NCBI RefSeq assembly: GCF_001194135.2
Contig: NC_068981.1
Coordinates: 49,857,369 to 49,892,742, forward strand
From: Octopus bimaculoides
Lineage: Eukaryota
Length of the DNA stretch: 35,374 bases
Direction of reading: 5' to 3'
Below are positions 1 through 12,850 of this stretch, in pieces. Position 1 is the first letter of the stretch. The number at the start of each line of letters is the position of its first letter. A program made the position numbers and the translations under genes. The notes below the pieces were generated by a model. The model was not told the DNA's origin. It saw only the letters and a program-made list of their open reading frames with translations, and searched no databases.

Positions 1-193
1 GTAGCGAAAGAGGTGATATGGTGGACCCGTTTGAAAGGGCTAAAGACAGACACTTTCCTCTTTGGCCAAGGCCTCATCAACCTTTTCAAGTTCCACTTGA
101 AGAGGAAGATGAGAGTAGAGAGGGAAGTGCTGTCTCATGGCAAATTCGTTGAAAGATGGGTGACTGTTGGAAGAATGGCCAGTATAAACGGAC
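1..193 (+). mobile_element. L1/Tx1-like LINE ORF2 C-terminal fragment
   Basis: Reads WWTRLKGLKTDTFLFGQGLINLFKFHLKRKMRVEREVLSHGKFVERWVTVGRM; clearly homologous to the second copy at ~4636-4830 (LKGLKIDAFLFGQALINFFKFHWKRNVRLEKEVL). Clade assignment is from recalled similarity to Tx1 ORF2 tails. Confidence 0.6.
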
Positions 194-724
194 CAATATA
201 CGAAGTCCATTATACCCATCATGACTACCCGTCTGATAAGGGTACACCAGGCATATGCATCACAACCTTATGTGCGCAACATGGTGATCTCATATCAAGA
301 TAAACAGCGCATGACCTTGCAGGTGGGTTCCAGTTAGAATTTTCTTCATGTCGAGTAGCCCACCCTACTCAAAAGTTCCCCGAATAAGGTTGGTTTAAGG
401 ATGTTGAGCAATACACCCTTGTTTCCAAAGGTGAATTATCCAAACCCCAAAGAATTCCTCTCAACACATGGCTATGATGCTCCCCCACTACTTCTGCTCA
501 TGATCAGAGATGCACATATCGTCAGCAACCAAGGGACATGCTCAACTGGTTAAGGTCAAATAACTGAGAAGCAAATCTGTGGTATTGAGAAGAATATTTG
601 CTGTAGCCCATCTTTTATACCAAGACAAAGCAATGTACATGGTAACACTTCCAATCAATTAAGATCAGAAGCCATGAGAGCCACTGCCTGGTGCTGCATC
701 CGGGCATTTTACTGCATCCGGACA

Positions 725-729
<5 letters not shown>
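194..729 (-). mobile_element. Interspersed non-coding repeat anchored in a (TTA)n tract
   Basis: Higher-GC non-coding block abutting (TTA)n, with an 18-bp near-perfect tandem duplication at the junction (694-711 and 712-729, ctgcatccgg[g/a]catttta). Resembles an abundant Octopus repeat I recall; boundaries approximate. Confidence 0.45.

Positions 730-773
<44 letters not shown>
727..773. repeat. (TTA)n microsatellite
   Basis: Direct observation. Confidence 0.95.
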
Positions 774-1005
774 GCTATTATTGCAATAACAGCTATTGAC
801 TCTTTCTAATTTTGTCACAAGACCCGCAAATTTAGTGGGAATTTTCGCTAGTAATTATTCTATTGACCCCGAAATGAAAAACAAAAAAAACGTTGAATAT
901 CGACTAATTAGACTCAGAACGCATAGGTAGATGAAATGCCGCCAAGCAATTTATCAAGCACAGTAGCGATTGTAACTGAAAGAAGCAGATGTTACATCGC
1001 TCATT

Positions 1006-1119
1006 TTCTTCTTCTTCTTCTTCTTCTTCTTCTTCTTCTTCTTCTTCTTCTTCTTCTTCTTCTTCTTCTTCTTCTTCTTCTTCTTCTTCTTCTTCTTCTT
1101 CTTCTTCTTCTTCTTCTTC
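1006..1119. repeat. (CTT)n microsatellite
   Basis: Direct observation; explains the poly-E/K/L ORFs at 904-1226. Confidence 0.97.
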
Positions 1120-1246
1120 CAACCATATGGAATGTGAAATGAGATACGGCCCACCGATGTGAAGTGGGGCAATAATCTCGAATAGGGTTTCACTAGAATT
1201 GTCCGACATGCTAGATTAGAAAACATTCATAAAAAAGATGGGGATG

Positions 1247-1334
1247 ATGACGACGACGACAACAGCGACGATGACAACAACAACAACAACGATGGTTGTA
1301 ATAATTATTATAATGATCCTGCTGCTGCTGTTGA

Positions 1335-1389
<55 letters not shown>

Positions 1390-1410
1390 GGTGGTGGTGG
1401 TGGTGATGAT
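1247..1410. repeat. Compound trinucleotide repeat (GAC/AAC then GCT/GTT/GGT/GAT)
   Basis: Direct observation; explains the low-complexity ORFs at 1211-1471. Confidence 0.9.
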
Positions 1411-2950
1411 AAGGATTGAGGATGATGACAATGCTGATGATGAAAATTATGGGTAATGAAAATAACCTCAATTAAGCATGTAGTAAATAATTTACGAGCA
1501 TCTTAATTTCCAAACGTATATTCCTATACTAACTGAGATATAAGATCGTTTTCCGTCCTAAATCGAAAATATGGATCGTGTTAAAGAATTATCATTCGAA
1601 GAAGTCGATGTGTTAAATTGCTGAAAATAAGAGAAAAAGAAAAGTCCCTAACATATTCAACTTTATTATTCAATATATTTCGTATTTGGTTTAATTAGAA
1701 CACCTTTCTTCTTGGTTGATTCTATCAGACAACAGGTTAAATGTAATTATTGATTTTACGAAGAAATTCTGCAATCAAAGCTATTCTTAGATAAAGTCGC
1801 ACATATTGAAATATCACACTATTACAAAACTTACACTTCGTTCAACACTTCTGTGATTTACTTTTTTCTGTTCTAAATTCAAGAAATAAGTTAGTGTTAA
1901 AGACTAAACCATGAATACTATGCACAATATATAATATTACTACATGTCCACTCAAACACTAGAAATATTAACCTAATGCCCATCAACTCATACACAACAC
2001 TTTCAGTTAGATAATGAAGTCACAGATGAAATATACAGATGAAAAATATAAGACGGTCAAAAGTAAGTATTCAGAAAAATAACGTATATGATCTACTATG
2101 AAATAATCAGAAATTTACTATTGTATCGTCTCTATTTACAAATCGAATTTGGATTCGTTTCGTTGTTTGTGGCCCAGCATACTCTCTTCACTCACTAATT
2201 AAAATGCCACTCACATAATGTTTTGATTCACTTAATTTACGCATTTCAGATCAATGCAAACGGAAAGCAAAAAGATTTTAATAAAATACATAGCATTGAT
2301 TTTATTTTATTTCGAATGGCAAAAACATTGAATAAAATTCCTTTTTCCGAATTATTTTTCAAATATTTATGTTTATTAATTTATAAACATCTAAAATGTA
2401 GAATCACAAATTTTAAAGTGTTAGATGCTTCGATCATTACCACCAAGAGGAGAAAAGTAACCGCTTCACAGATATATACTAAAAGAACAATTTCAGAGAG
2501 ATTATAATTTATTCCTTTTATATTTTTTATTCAGTTTTGGCTAATAAAATTTTCTACTTTTTTTATCTCAAAGAAATAAAATTATATACTTGAAATAATT
2601 ATTCAGAATTGAAAATGTGTGGAAAGCTTAATATATGAGAATTTCAACTTCTAAACACTATTCAAAACTTGTTCAATGAAAATGCTAATGTTTCTGCCCC
2701 TGTGCGATAAATTATATGCTTTTTGCATAATTTAATTGTTCGTAATTTGAATATATATATTCATATACAGAAATGTACATTTTAATCAGTTGCATGCACA
2801 TATATATGTGTATGTATAGGAAGTTTACCACAGGGAGAAAAATACAGACAGACTGACAAACAATTAGAGATTGCAAGTAACATAATATTCATTGAATTAA
2901 ATGTACAGCCTGTTTTCTTTAACTTCATTTTCTTCGTTTTTTATTTTCCC

Positions 2951-3214
<264 letters not shown>

Positions 3215-3879
3215 TGGGTGCGTGTTTACACCACGTGTTACTGAGTCAAAACGATATCCATGAATTTATACAGGTTAATTCTTATTACGACTTGTGTAGT
3301 ATACGTGTTGCTCCTAAGTAGATACTTTCTTCCTAGGTTCTTATAGGCTGATGTTACCTAGAATTTGTTGGTGAATTTTCGTAGCCGATTTTGAGATTTT
3401 GATTAATTTAAATCAATCGGGTAATATGTCATGTCCTGCATTAAGGAAATCACAATGTCAATGTTCATGTATTTAGTGAGGTTTTCTTGAAACTTAATTC
3501 ATATATTGTGCTCTGTTTGTAATGCCATATCAGCCAGTATAAGAGTGTTAATTTTGGTAGATATCTTTTTATCACAATGTTTAGTGAGATTACTTTGATT
3601 CCCACATGGGTCTGCATGGGCATGTCTCAGAGAAAGTAGATACGGACATATACCGAGATTTATTCTTCTTTTTTTAAGAGGAGGTAGCCACAAAAAGACT
3701 TACCTGGCATTCCATTCATTTCTCAGCTAATAGACCCGTCATATGCTCGGGTCAAGGCAGAGAACGCAACCCCCAATATCAGCAGCGGGGCCCGACATCA
3801 TATGCTGGTTGACCCCCGTCGCATCATGCTGGTTCTGTACCCATTTGAGCAAAGTCAAATTCACTTGTGAAAGGTATGC

Positions 3880-4352
3880 TGAGAGATAAAAAGGTTGAAT
3901 ATGAAAGCGAAAAAGGTGTGTATGAGGGCGTGATTGTGTTGACAGTGTTACATGGTGCAGAGATATGGGGGCTGGGAGAGGTAGAAAGGAGGCACTAGAT
4001 GTGTTTAAAATGAGATGTTTGAGGGCTATGGTTGGTATGACACAGATGGACTAGGAGAGGAAAGGGGAGGTGCGAAGTCGAGCAGGCATGAGAGAAAGAC
4101 TAACAATAAGTATGGATAGACGAAAGTTGTGTTGTTTTGGCCACACGGAGAGGTTGGATGAGGAGCTGATGGTAAGAAGAGTGATGAAGGCAGACATGGG
4201 AGGCAACAGAGCCAGAGGCAACAGAGCCAGAGGCAGACCTCAGTTTGTGTGGATGGATGGAGTGAGGAAAGCTTTGGTGGTTTGAGTTGTTGGAGTGAGA
4301 GAGGCAAGAGAGATTATAAACTGTAGGAAAGCTTGGAGAGTGTTTGTGGACA
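3880..4352 (+). mobile_element. RTE-clade LINE 3' remnant (C-terminal end of RT ORF)
   Basis: Joining frames gives MKAKKGVYEGVIVLTVLHGAEIWGL...FKMRCLRAMVG...RRKLCCFGHTERLDEELMVRRVMKADMGGNRARGRPQFVWMDGVRKAL...RKAWRVFV, matching RTE hallmarks (LYGxExW, GHxxR, GRPxxxWxD). Has stops, frameshifts and a 15-bp tandem duplication at 4202-4231. Confidence 0.85.
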
Positions 4353-4449
4353 GAGAAAGTAACGTTTCTATTACTGCAAATTGTTTCTGGATTGAAGTTA
4401 CATCATTTTTCAATTATTTCGATGTAGTATTTCCAGTAGTCTTTCGTGA

Positions 4450-5070
4450 CAAAACTGTTCTGCAGGCTCTCATCCAGTGCCCAAGTATTTCTGACTTGTG
4501 TGTTTATGTAGAACACCTGATATCCTGTGTTGGATGGATATAGCCATCGGCTAAGTCTACCGTGTTGATATCCCGCTGCCTTCCTTTAGCCGGAAAGGGC
4601 AGGCTGTTTTACTTTGCATGATTGTTTTAGCGAAAATGTTGTAGTGAACCAGCCTGAAAGGGCTGAAAATAGATGCTTTCCTTTTTGGCCAAGCCCTCAT
4701 TAACTTTTTCAAGTTTCACTGGAAAAGGAATGTGAGGCTGGAGAAGGAAGTTTTGCCCACAGCCCGCGCATAGTGACTTTACTAAAAGGTGAATGAATGT
4801 CGCAAGAATGGTATGAGTGAATGGGCCTTTTCTATGCATGCGCCTATAGACAATGTGGAGTGTGTACTTATTCTGGTGGTTAGGACTGACGTGGATTTGT
4901 AGGATTTCCACGTGCAGTCCTATGACCTCTCTACTTTGGGGAATTTTATTGTTATAATCGATTGTTTTTCGTTGTTTACACGACTTTCATGTAACCCCAT
5001 TTTCTATTTGTCCTGTGCTGTCCACAATGCTTTGTACTGCAAACCCTTTGTGGTTAATAAATAACTTATT
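4450..5070 (+). mobile_element. L1/Tx1-like LINE 3' remnant (ORF2 tail plus probable 3' UTR)
   Basis: Reads KTVLQALIQCPSISDLCVYVEHLIS (HAL-x2-C-like motif) then the block homologous to 1-193; multiple stops. 3' UTR boundary is a guess. Confidence 0.6.
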
Positions 5071-5151
5071 ATCATCTGATGAATCGATGGCAAGAAAAGC
5101 CCCTAAATAGCAAATATTCGGTTAAGCTAAGCAAAAAAGAGACAGACAAAT

Positions 5152-5395
<244 letters not shown>

Positions 5396-6023
5396 TCCAT
5401 TCTTCAATATCTCCAGTACTTAGATAGTAAACACTCCACACATTTCATTTGGGGACTATTCAATTACAAACAAAGGTTTTTTTACAGCTTCCTTTCCTAT
5501 GGAAATAATAACACTTCTATCACCACTATTGCGGGCGTGGTCTCTACACATATTTCATTTGTTTCTAACCATATATCTTGCTAGACAACTCCCTATGTAA
5601 AATACTTTACTAACTAATCCGAGATGTTCCATGGGGTGATACATCCGCCCACTCCTGTTGAATATTATTGGCTTCATGCAATAATAAAATATAATCTAAT
5701 TTTCTAGATCAGGCTGTATATAGCATCTATCCTCTATCAATAATTTTGACGTTATAGAAATACTTTGCGAAAGAGCCTGAGGTAGTGATTAGATTTATTT
5801 TGCGTCATATGACGTCTTGTCTGCAAATATATGACGTTTTCGTTCAAATATTGAAAGACATCTATGGTATAAAGTCCATTTAATTACTATAAATATAAAT
5901 GCAGTTTATAAGAAACATTCAGCATTTATAAGAAATTTCCTATCACAATAATTCTTAAATAATATAGAATCGAAGAAACAATTTTAAATAATATACTTTA
6001 CAATATTTACGACGTGTATATAT

Positions 6024-6952
6024 NNNNNNNNNNNNNNNNNNNNNNNNNNNNNNNNNNNNNNNNNNNNNNNNNNNNNNNNNNNNNNNNNNNNNNNNNNNNN
6101 NNNNNNNNNNNNNNNNNNNNNNNNNNNNNNNNNNNNNNNNNNNNNNNNNNNNNNNNNNNNNNNNNNNNNNNNNNNNNNNNNNNNNNNNNNNNNNNNNNNN
6201 NNNNNNNNNNNNNNNNNNNNNNNNNNNNNNNNNNNNNNNNNNNNNNNNNNNNNNNNNNNNNNNNNNNNNNNNNNNNNNNNNNNNNNNNNNNNNNNNNNNN
6301 NNNNNNNNNNNNNNNNNNNNNNNNNNNNNNNNNNNNNNNNNNNNNNNNNNNNNNNNNNNNNNNNNNNNNNNNNNNNNNNNNNNNNNNNNNNNNNNNNNNN
6401 NNNNNNNNNNNNNNNNNNNNNNNNNNNNNNNNNNNNNNNNNNNNNNNNNNNNNNNNNNNNNNNNNNNNNNNNNNNNNNNNNNNNNNNNNNNNNNNNNNNN
6501 NNNNNNNNNNNNNNNNNNNNNNNNNNNNNNNNNNNNNNNNNNNNNNNNNNNNNNNNNNNNNNNNNNNNNNNNNNNNNNNNNNNNNNNNNNNNNNNNNNNN
6601 NNNNNNNNNNNNNNNNNNNNNNNNNNNNNNNNNNNNNNNNNNNNNNNNNNNNNNNNNNNNNNNNNNNNNNNNNNNNNNNNNNNNNNNNNNNNNNNNNNNN
6701 NNNNNNNNNNNNNNNNNNNNNNNNNNNNNNNNNNNNNNNNNNNNNNNNNNNNNNNNNNNNNNNNNNNNNNNNNNNNNNNNNNNNNNNNNNNNNNNNNNNN
6801 NNNNNNNNNNNNNNNNNNNNNNNNNNNNNNNNNNNNNNNNNNNNNNNNNNNNNNNNNNNNNNNNNNNNNNNNNNNNNNNNNNNNNNNNNNNNNNNNNNNN
6901 NNNNNNNNNNNNNNNNNNNNNNNNNNNNNNNNNNNNNNNNNNNNNNNNNNNN
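6024..6952. other. Assembly gap (N run)
   Basis: N bases flanked by TA/TG repeats. Other gaps: 11564-12326, 14874-14981, 16441-16810, 19986-20125, 21704-22095, 25441-25820. Confidence 1.
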
Positions 6953-7841
6953 TATATGTGTGTGTGTATATATATATATATACATATACTGAAACCTTAA
7001 TAGAGCCTCGTATATTATCAACTACTATTTTCAGTAAATATTGGAACATTGTTGTATCACTATTCTATATTTATACTTTAACCTGATGATGCTTTGTTAT
7101 ACTGGGAAGAAATACTACTGTATTGCACTATATATATATATATATATATACATATATATTTTTTCTGCTTAACATGTATCATGTTTAAAGCTATTGAATT
7201 ACAAAGTATTGTATTGTTTATAATAAACTTAATTTTACATTTCTTGCCTACATTTCTTTAGCAGGCAGTGTATGTCTTCTCAAATCGCGATCACAGGAAA
7301 AGTTGTTGATGAGAATTATCAACAAAAACAATGCTGATAAATGCGCAGAGGTGTTGCAAATTCAGTTTGATTACCAATAAACATCAGCTTCTATGACACT
7401 TTATTCAACCGACAGAGGAAGGTGGCCGGTCAAACTGATTATATAAATAGAATTCTGACTGGTAGAAAGTGTGTTCTTGTCTCAAGCTCTGATTTTCCGC
7501 CTATTATTGCGGGAACCTTTGATACGGAGTATCGAAATTTTAATACCTTTCTCACTTATAAAATGTCAAATAAACTTTAAAATTTATCATTACCGTCTTA
7601 GTCGGGAGACTAGAGTGATAGATTAGTAACCGACAAAAAAAAAAAAAAAAAAAAAAAATACATTCAAAATTGAAAAGAGAAAATAAACAGTTTCGTAAGT
7701 TTAAGTCATTAGTTTATTCAACATGAGAGCGGCGAAATTTCAGAAGCAACATGTATGTACATGTAAACGTATGTTTAGTTTATGTACTGATATGTGTGCC
7801 TATTCAAGTTGTATATATAAATGTTACTCTGTCAAAGATTG

Positions 7842-10494
7842 TATATATATATATATATATATGGTGGTTGTCTACTCTTTATGCAGAGTTTGACCACCTC
7901 CTGTACATACACTTTACCACTTTCATGGTATCTCATGTAGCTTTTTAAACCAAATCTCTGAAACAACACCCACACAGACTACACACCTGATTTGGACTAC
8001 AAAGAGATGCAGATAATTTCTGATATTTGTGGATCTTAAAATGTCTTTTGAGGCCTCCGTTGGAATTGAAAACTTTCTGGCATATACTGCATTCAAAGGC
8101 GTGCACAAACATATAGGCACAATAGTTGGTGGAGGTTCGTTTTCCTTGGGTTCGCAGATGAGATTTGAGCCCAGTAAAATTCAAGCATGGCCTGTCAAAT
8201 ACTGTGCACACAAAAAGGTGAATGCCATTCACCTTCTCGATTGTTATATTCTTCCTTAGGTCTCATTTCAGTCTTCTGCGTTACCCTGGCCTCTTCAAAT
8301 TCTTTCACTCCACTCCACACTTTTGTTCGCCATCCAACTCGATCCGAAGTAAGGATTTCTATGTCTTGTGGATCCTTTCCAAGTGGTTTCATAGTTGTCC
8401 TTATGCTGTCTTTAAACCTTATTTTTTTTTGTTTACGCCGATAGCGTTTCGCCTCTGCAAGCCCACCATAAAACAGCTATTTCGGTATACGTTCAAATGC
8501 CATTCGAACAATATGCCCACAACATCTCATTTGGTTCCTCATAATCATAGTTTTAATTGAGGTGATGCCTGCAGATGCAAGGCTATCTATATTTGGAGTA
8601 AAAAGAACTCCATTTAATTTCTAAAATGCGATGAAGGCATATTTGGTGTAATTGTTCTAAAAATGTTAAATGCTTTTCCTAATAAGTCCAAGTTTCACAA
8701 AAATACAACAGCGATGGTAAGACAAATGATTTGTAAAGAGCCAGTTTTGTATTCATATTTATATGTCGCTGGCACCAAACGCGTAACTCCAAGCCACTAA
8801 ATGCTGTTGCTGCCCTATTAATTCGCAACTGTATTTCTCTATCAAGAATTCCATAATTTTGAACAGAACTTCAAAGGTAGATGAACAAATCTACAACATC
8901 AAGTAACTTACCCATAACAAACGTTTTAGAGGGGTTACGAACAGCACCACGCGCAGGTTGATGCATTACATCAGGTTTTTTTTCAAGTTAATGGTCAAGC
9001 CAAAATTATCACAAGCAGAGTCAAATGCAGATATATGAGATTGCAGACCTGTGTCAGACTGACTGACAAGATCGCAATCGTCAGCGTACAAAAGTTCCCC
9101 AATGAGTGAAGCAAAAACCTTCGTTTTGAATTGCAGTCTGGTCAGGTAAAGACGTTACTTGTTGTTCGATATTTTATGTATATACCCTCCTTGTAATTTT
9201 GAAAGGCATGTGACAACAGAACAAAGTATATCGCAAAGAAGGGCGTGCATCAAGGTCTCCCTGCTTTACTCCATTTTCCACGGCGAAAGATTCATAGAGC
9301 CTACCACCAAAGTTAACACTATCGTTCATATCTTGATGTAAACCCCTGATCGTGTTTACAAATTATTATGGGCAAAACCTATTTTCCTTAGAAGTATCTA
9401 CAGAGTATTTCAATTAACAGTATTGAATGCTTTGCTCAAATCAACAAAGCAATGGTATAGAGCAAGATACTATTCAATGCACTTTTCTTGTAATTGTCTG
9501 TAGTTACAATCAGATGTGCCCCTGGAGGAACGAAAATCTCACTGAGACTCAGACACTATATTTGAAACTATAGTTGTATTTAAACGTACGTTCTAACAAA
9601 ATGCGGGCAAGTACTTTTCCAGCCACAGACAAAAGCGAAATTCCACAAAAATTACCACACAGATCATTTGGCCCCGATGTTTTACAAAAAGACTAAAATG
9701 GCATCAATCCAGTCTTGAGGCACTTTCTCTGTTCTCCAGTAGTGACAAATCAATAAATTTAAGCGTTCAAACATTTTGCCACATTCTGCACAGATTCAAT
9801 CAGACTCTGGAAACTTATTGTTATTCAGCTTTTTCACAGCTAAATAAATGTCACTTAGATGTGATTCAAATGCCATCTTTCTTATAGCTGCAACGTTTTC
9901 GATTTTTGCTATGATGTCAACGAATGATGATCTATTCAAAAGTGTTCTACCCACCGCTTATCAATAGAAGCGGCGTCAGTCAGAAGCAAACGTGCATTTG
10001 CTGTTCTCACTGGAGCTATTGAAGAAGATTTAGGGCCATATACCTTCTTAACATATGAGTACAAATTGGCATCGTTTCTATCAGCTGCTTCTTGGGCCCC
10101 TTTTGCTCTATCATTCCACTATTCCTCTTTAATTTTCCTTCCAGCAGTTTGCACTTACCTTTTCAGTTTTTTATAAGGCTTGTTTGAGTTCAAGACTGAG
10201 AAAGAAGTGTATTGTCTAAGTTTTGTTTTTCTAAACATGTATCATGAATTTCCGCTGATCTTTCTGCGAACCAGTCACTGAAGTTATGTGATTTAAATCC
10301 CACTGACAAACGTACTGCCTGAAATACTTTTGTTTTGAAATATTCCCATAGATCGTTTGGGTCAAGATTAATAATTTCTATAGCATCGTGGAATCTTTGC
10401 AAGTTGCTTGATAATTAAAAGTTTGCAACATTTAAATTTTGGGGTACATTAGGACCAGATTTTTAGGCATTATCGAAAAATCTATTTTTCCACG

Positions 10495-10498
<4 letters not shown>
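7842..10498 (-). mobile_element. 5'-truncated degenerate RTE-clade LINE with C-terminal C2H2 zinc-finger run
   Basis: Minus-strand motifs in RTE order: DLWEYFKTKVF...SDWFAE (10190-10402), RWVEHF, FAVENGVKQGD (~9250-9290), catalytic ELLYADDCDL (YADD at 9077-9088), YKDSIRTTMK..DRVGWR, then zinc fingers; ends in a (TA)n tail at 7842-7862. Many stops and frameshifts. Confidence 0.9.

Positions 10499-10562
<64 letters not shown>
10499..10562. repeat. (TA)n microsatellite separating the RTE and mariner remnants
   Basis: Direct observation. Confidence 0.97.
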
Positions 10563-10564
<2 letters not shown>

Positions 10565-11123
10565 CACGCGCTGTGTCGCTTGTTTACCGGAGCTAAGCCA
10601 TTATTTACGCTGCTTCATATTGTTCTACAGGCACAATTCTTCGTCGCCAGTAACGATTCGGTAAATAAATCGTTGCCTGTGTCCATGAGTTGTGCGGTGA
10701 CGAGCAAGCAAAACACCGTACATTGTGGCTCGGTGATTTTTGTTGTTGTCAGTTAAAATATGCAGAACACATGCTCCAGACGTCTGAACCTTTCCCATCG
10801 AGTGAAGATGCTTCTCTTTAGCAGTGTGGGAGCATTATTTTTTCTCTGCCAGTTCACTTGTCGTTTGACGAGAATTTTCGAGCAAAATTTGGTTTAATCG
10901 CACTTCATCGAACTCAAACTGGACGGCCCGAACGAGGTGCGTCTTTGAGGTCAAAATTTCCATACTTGAACTTGGCATATCAATCACGAGCAGTTCTTTC
11001 AGCTATGGCACCCTCTCCATACATAGCCTATATGTCCCGAGCAGCTTTTGCGGCTTTAGAACCTTGATTAAAAGCAAAAAGGAGTTGTCGAAAATGCTCG
11101 TTTTTCTTAACTTGATATTCCAT
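10563..11123 (-). mobile_element. Mariner transposase pseudogene, N-terminal half
   Basis: ATG at 11123: MEYQVKKNEHFR...FNQGSKAAKAARDI..MYGEGAIAERTARD.YAKFKYGNFDLKDAPRSGRP (mariner HTH region), GKVQTSGACVLH (degenerate WVPHEL), IYRIVTGDEE (first catalytic Asp). Truncated at the (TA)n tract. Confidence 0.9.
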
Positions 11124-11528
11124 TTTAACGATCTGAAAATAAACAAAAATTAAATTAAATTAACTAGAAAATACAAAATATATTCCAAAATGAATCAAAA
11201 ATAGAATTCTCGACGAAAATAGAGTCAAAAATTTTAAAATGCAATAAATTCTAATATTTAAAAAATACGGCGGGAACTTAGTTATCAACCCAATATTTTT
11301 TTTTTAACTACCGTCTAATGGTGATTAGATACGATGTTTTAAATAAATAGATGCAAATATAAACCTACCTATACATATTCACAAGCACACACAGTCATAT
11401 AAACAAGTATACACACACATATATATGTTTATCCATCTACACATAAATATACCTCTATTTTCACAGACAACAGTTAAACTCAAATACTTCTTTTTGCATT
11501 TTACATAGACTTACACATATATATGTGA

Positions 11529-11563
<35 letters not shown>

Positions 11564-12330
11564 NNNNNNNNNNNNNNNNNNNNNNNNNNNNNNNNNNNNN
11601 NNNNNNNNNNNNNNNNNNNNNNNNNNNNNNNNNNNNNNNNNNNNNNNNNNNNNNNNNNNNNNNNNNNNNNNNNNNNNNNNNNNNNNNNNNNNNNNNNNNN
11701 NNNNNNNNNNNNNNNNNNNNNNNNNNNNNNNNNNNNNNNNNNNNNNNNNNNNNNNNNNNNNNNNNNNNNNNNNNNNNNNNNNNNNNNNNNNNNNNNNNNN
11801 NNNNNNNNNNNNNNNNNNNNNNNNNNNNNNNNNNNNNNNNNNNNNNNNNNNNNNNNNNNNNNNNNNNNNNNNNNNNNNNNNNNNNNNNNNNNNNNNNNNN
11901 NNNNNNNNNNNNNNNNNNNNNNNNNNNNNNNNNNNNNNNNNNNNNNNNNNNNNNNNNNNNNNNNNNNNNNNNNNNNNNNNNNNNNNNNNNNNNNNNNNNN
12001 NNNNNNNNNNNNNNNNNNNNNNNNNNNNNNNNNNNNNNNNNNNNNNNNNNNNNNNNNNNNNNNNNNNNNNNNNNNNNNNNNNNNNNNNNNNNNNNNNNNN
12101 NNNNNNNNNNNNNNNNNNNNNNNNNNNNNNNNNNNNNNNNNNNNNNNNNNNNNNNNNNNNNNNNNNNNNNNNNNNNNNNNNNNNNNNNNNNNNNNNNNNN
12201 NNNNNNNNNNNNNNNNNNNNNNNNNNNNNNNNNNNNNNNNNNNNNNNNNNNNNNNNNNNNNNNNNNNNNNNNNNNNNNNNNNNNNNNNNNNNNNNNNNNN
12301 NNNNNNNNNNNNNNNNNNNNNNNNNNATAT

Positions 12331-12360
<30 letters not shown>

Positions 12361-12363
<3 letters not shown>

Positions 12364-12516
12364 CGACGGGCTTCGTTCAGTTTCCGTCTACAAAATCCAT
12401 TCACAAGGCTTTGGTCGGCCCGAGGCTATAGTAGAATACACTTGCCCAATGTGCCACACAGTGGGAATGAACCCAGAACAATGTGGTTGGTAAGCAAGCT
12501 ACTTACCACACAGCCA
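12361..12516 (-). mobile_element. tRNA-derived SINE, family 2
   Basis: Minus strand TGGCTGTGTGGTAAG (A-box-like)...GGGTTCATTCCCAC (B-box-like)...GGCCGACCAAAGCCTTGTG. Degenerate relatives at ~14221-14335 and ~30370-30490. Confidence 0.8.
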
Positions 12517-12730
12517 ATTGAACGCCACGCATCCGTTTCCTAGTAATTTAATCTTACACATTTTTGATGCTACTTTTCTCTATACTGTTTTCTTCTTCCA
12601 TCTTCTCTAATTTCACGTTTCTCCCTCTTGCATAGTTTTCTATTAGTCTCTCTCTCCTCTCTTTCTTTTCAACCCAAACATGCACAAGCAAGAAAAAACA
12701 ACAACGCGAGGACGTGGAATAAGTACCATG

Positions 12731-12850
12731 TGTCTTCGAAGTTTCGGCCAGCAAACTCATCGTTTGACTGCGATGCATATACGAGGCAGTACTAACTTTA
12801 ATGCATCGCAGTCAAACGATGCCATAGCTGGCCGAAACTTCGAAAAGACA
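12731..12850. repeat. ~120-bp imperfect inverted repeat (hairpin)
   Basis: 12758-12778 is the exact reverse complement of 12801-12821; 12731-12752 pairs with 12827-12850 apart from a 2-nt bulge. Confidence 0.95.

Noticed and set aside
13-303. 96-aa ORF as a host gene
   Set aside because: Chimera of a Tx1-like tail and read-through into an unrelated repeat.
7500-11330. Shared short words (gcgggaac, taccgtct) at ~7510-7600 and ~11270-11315 as ends of a composite element
   Set aside because: Matches are too short, in direct orientation, and lack a TSD.
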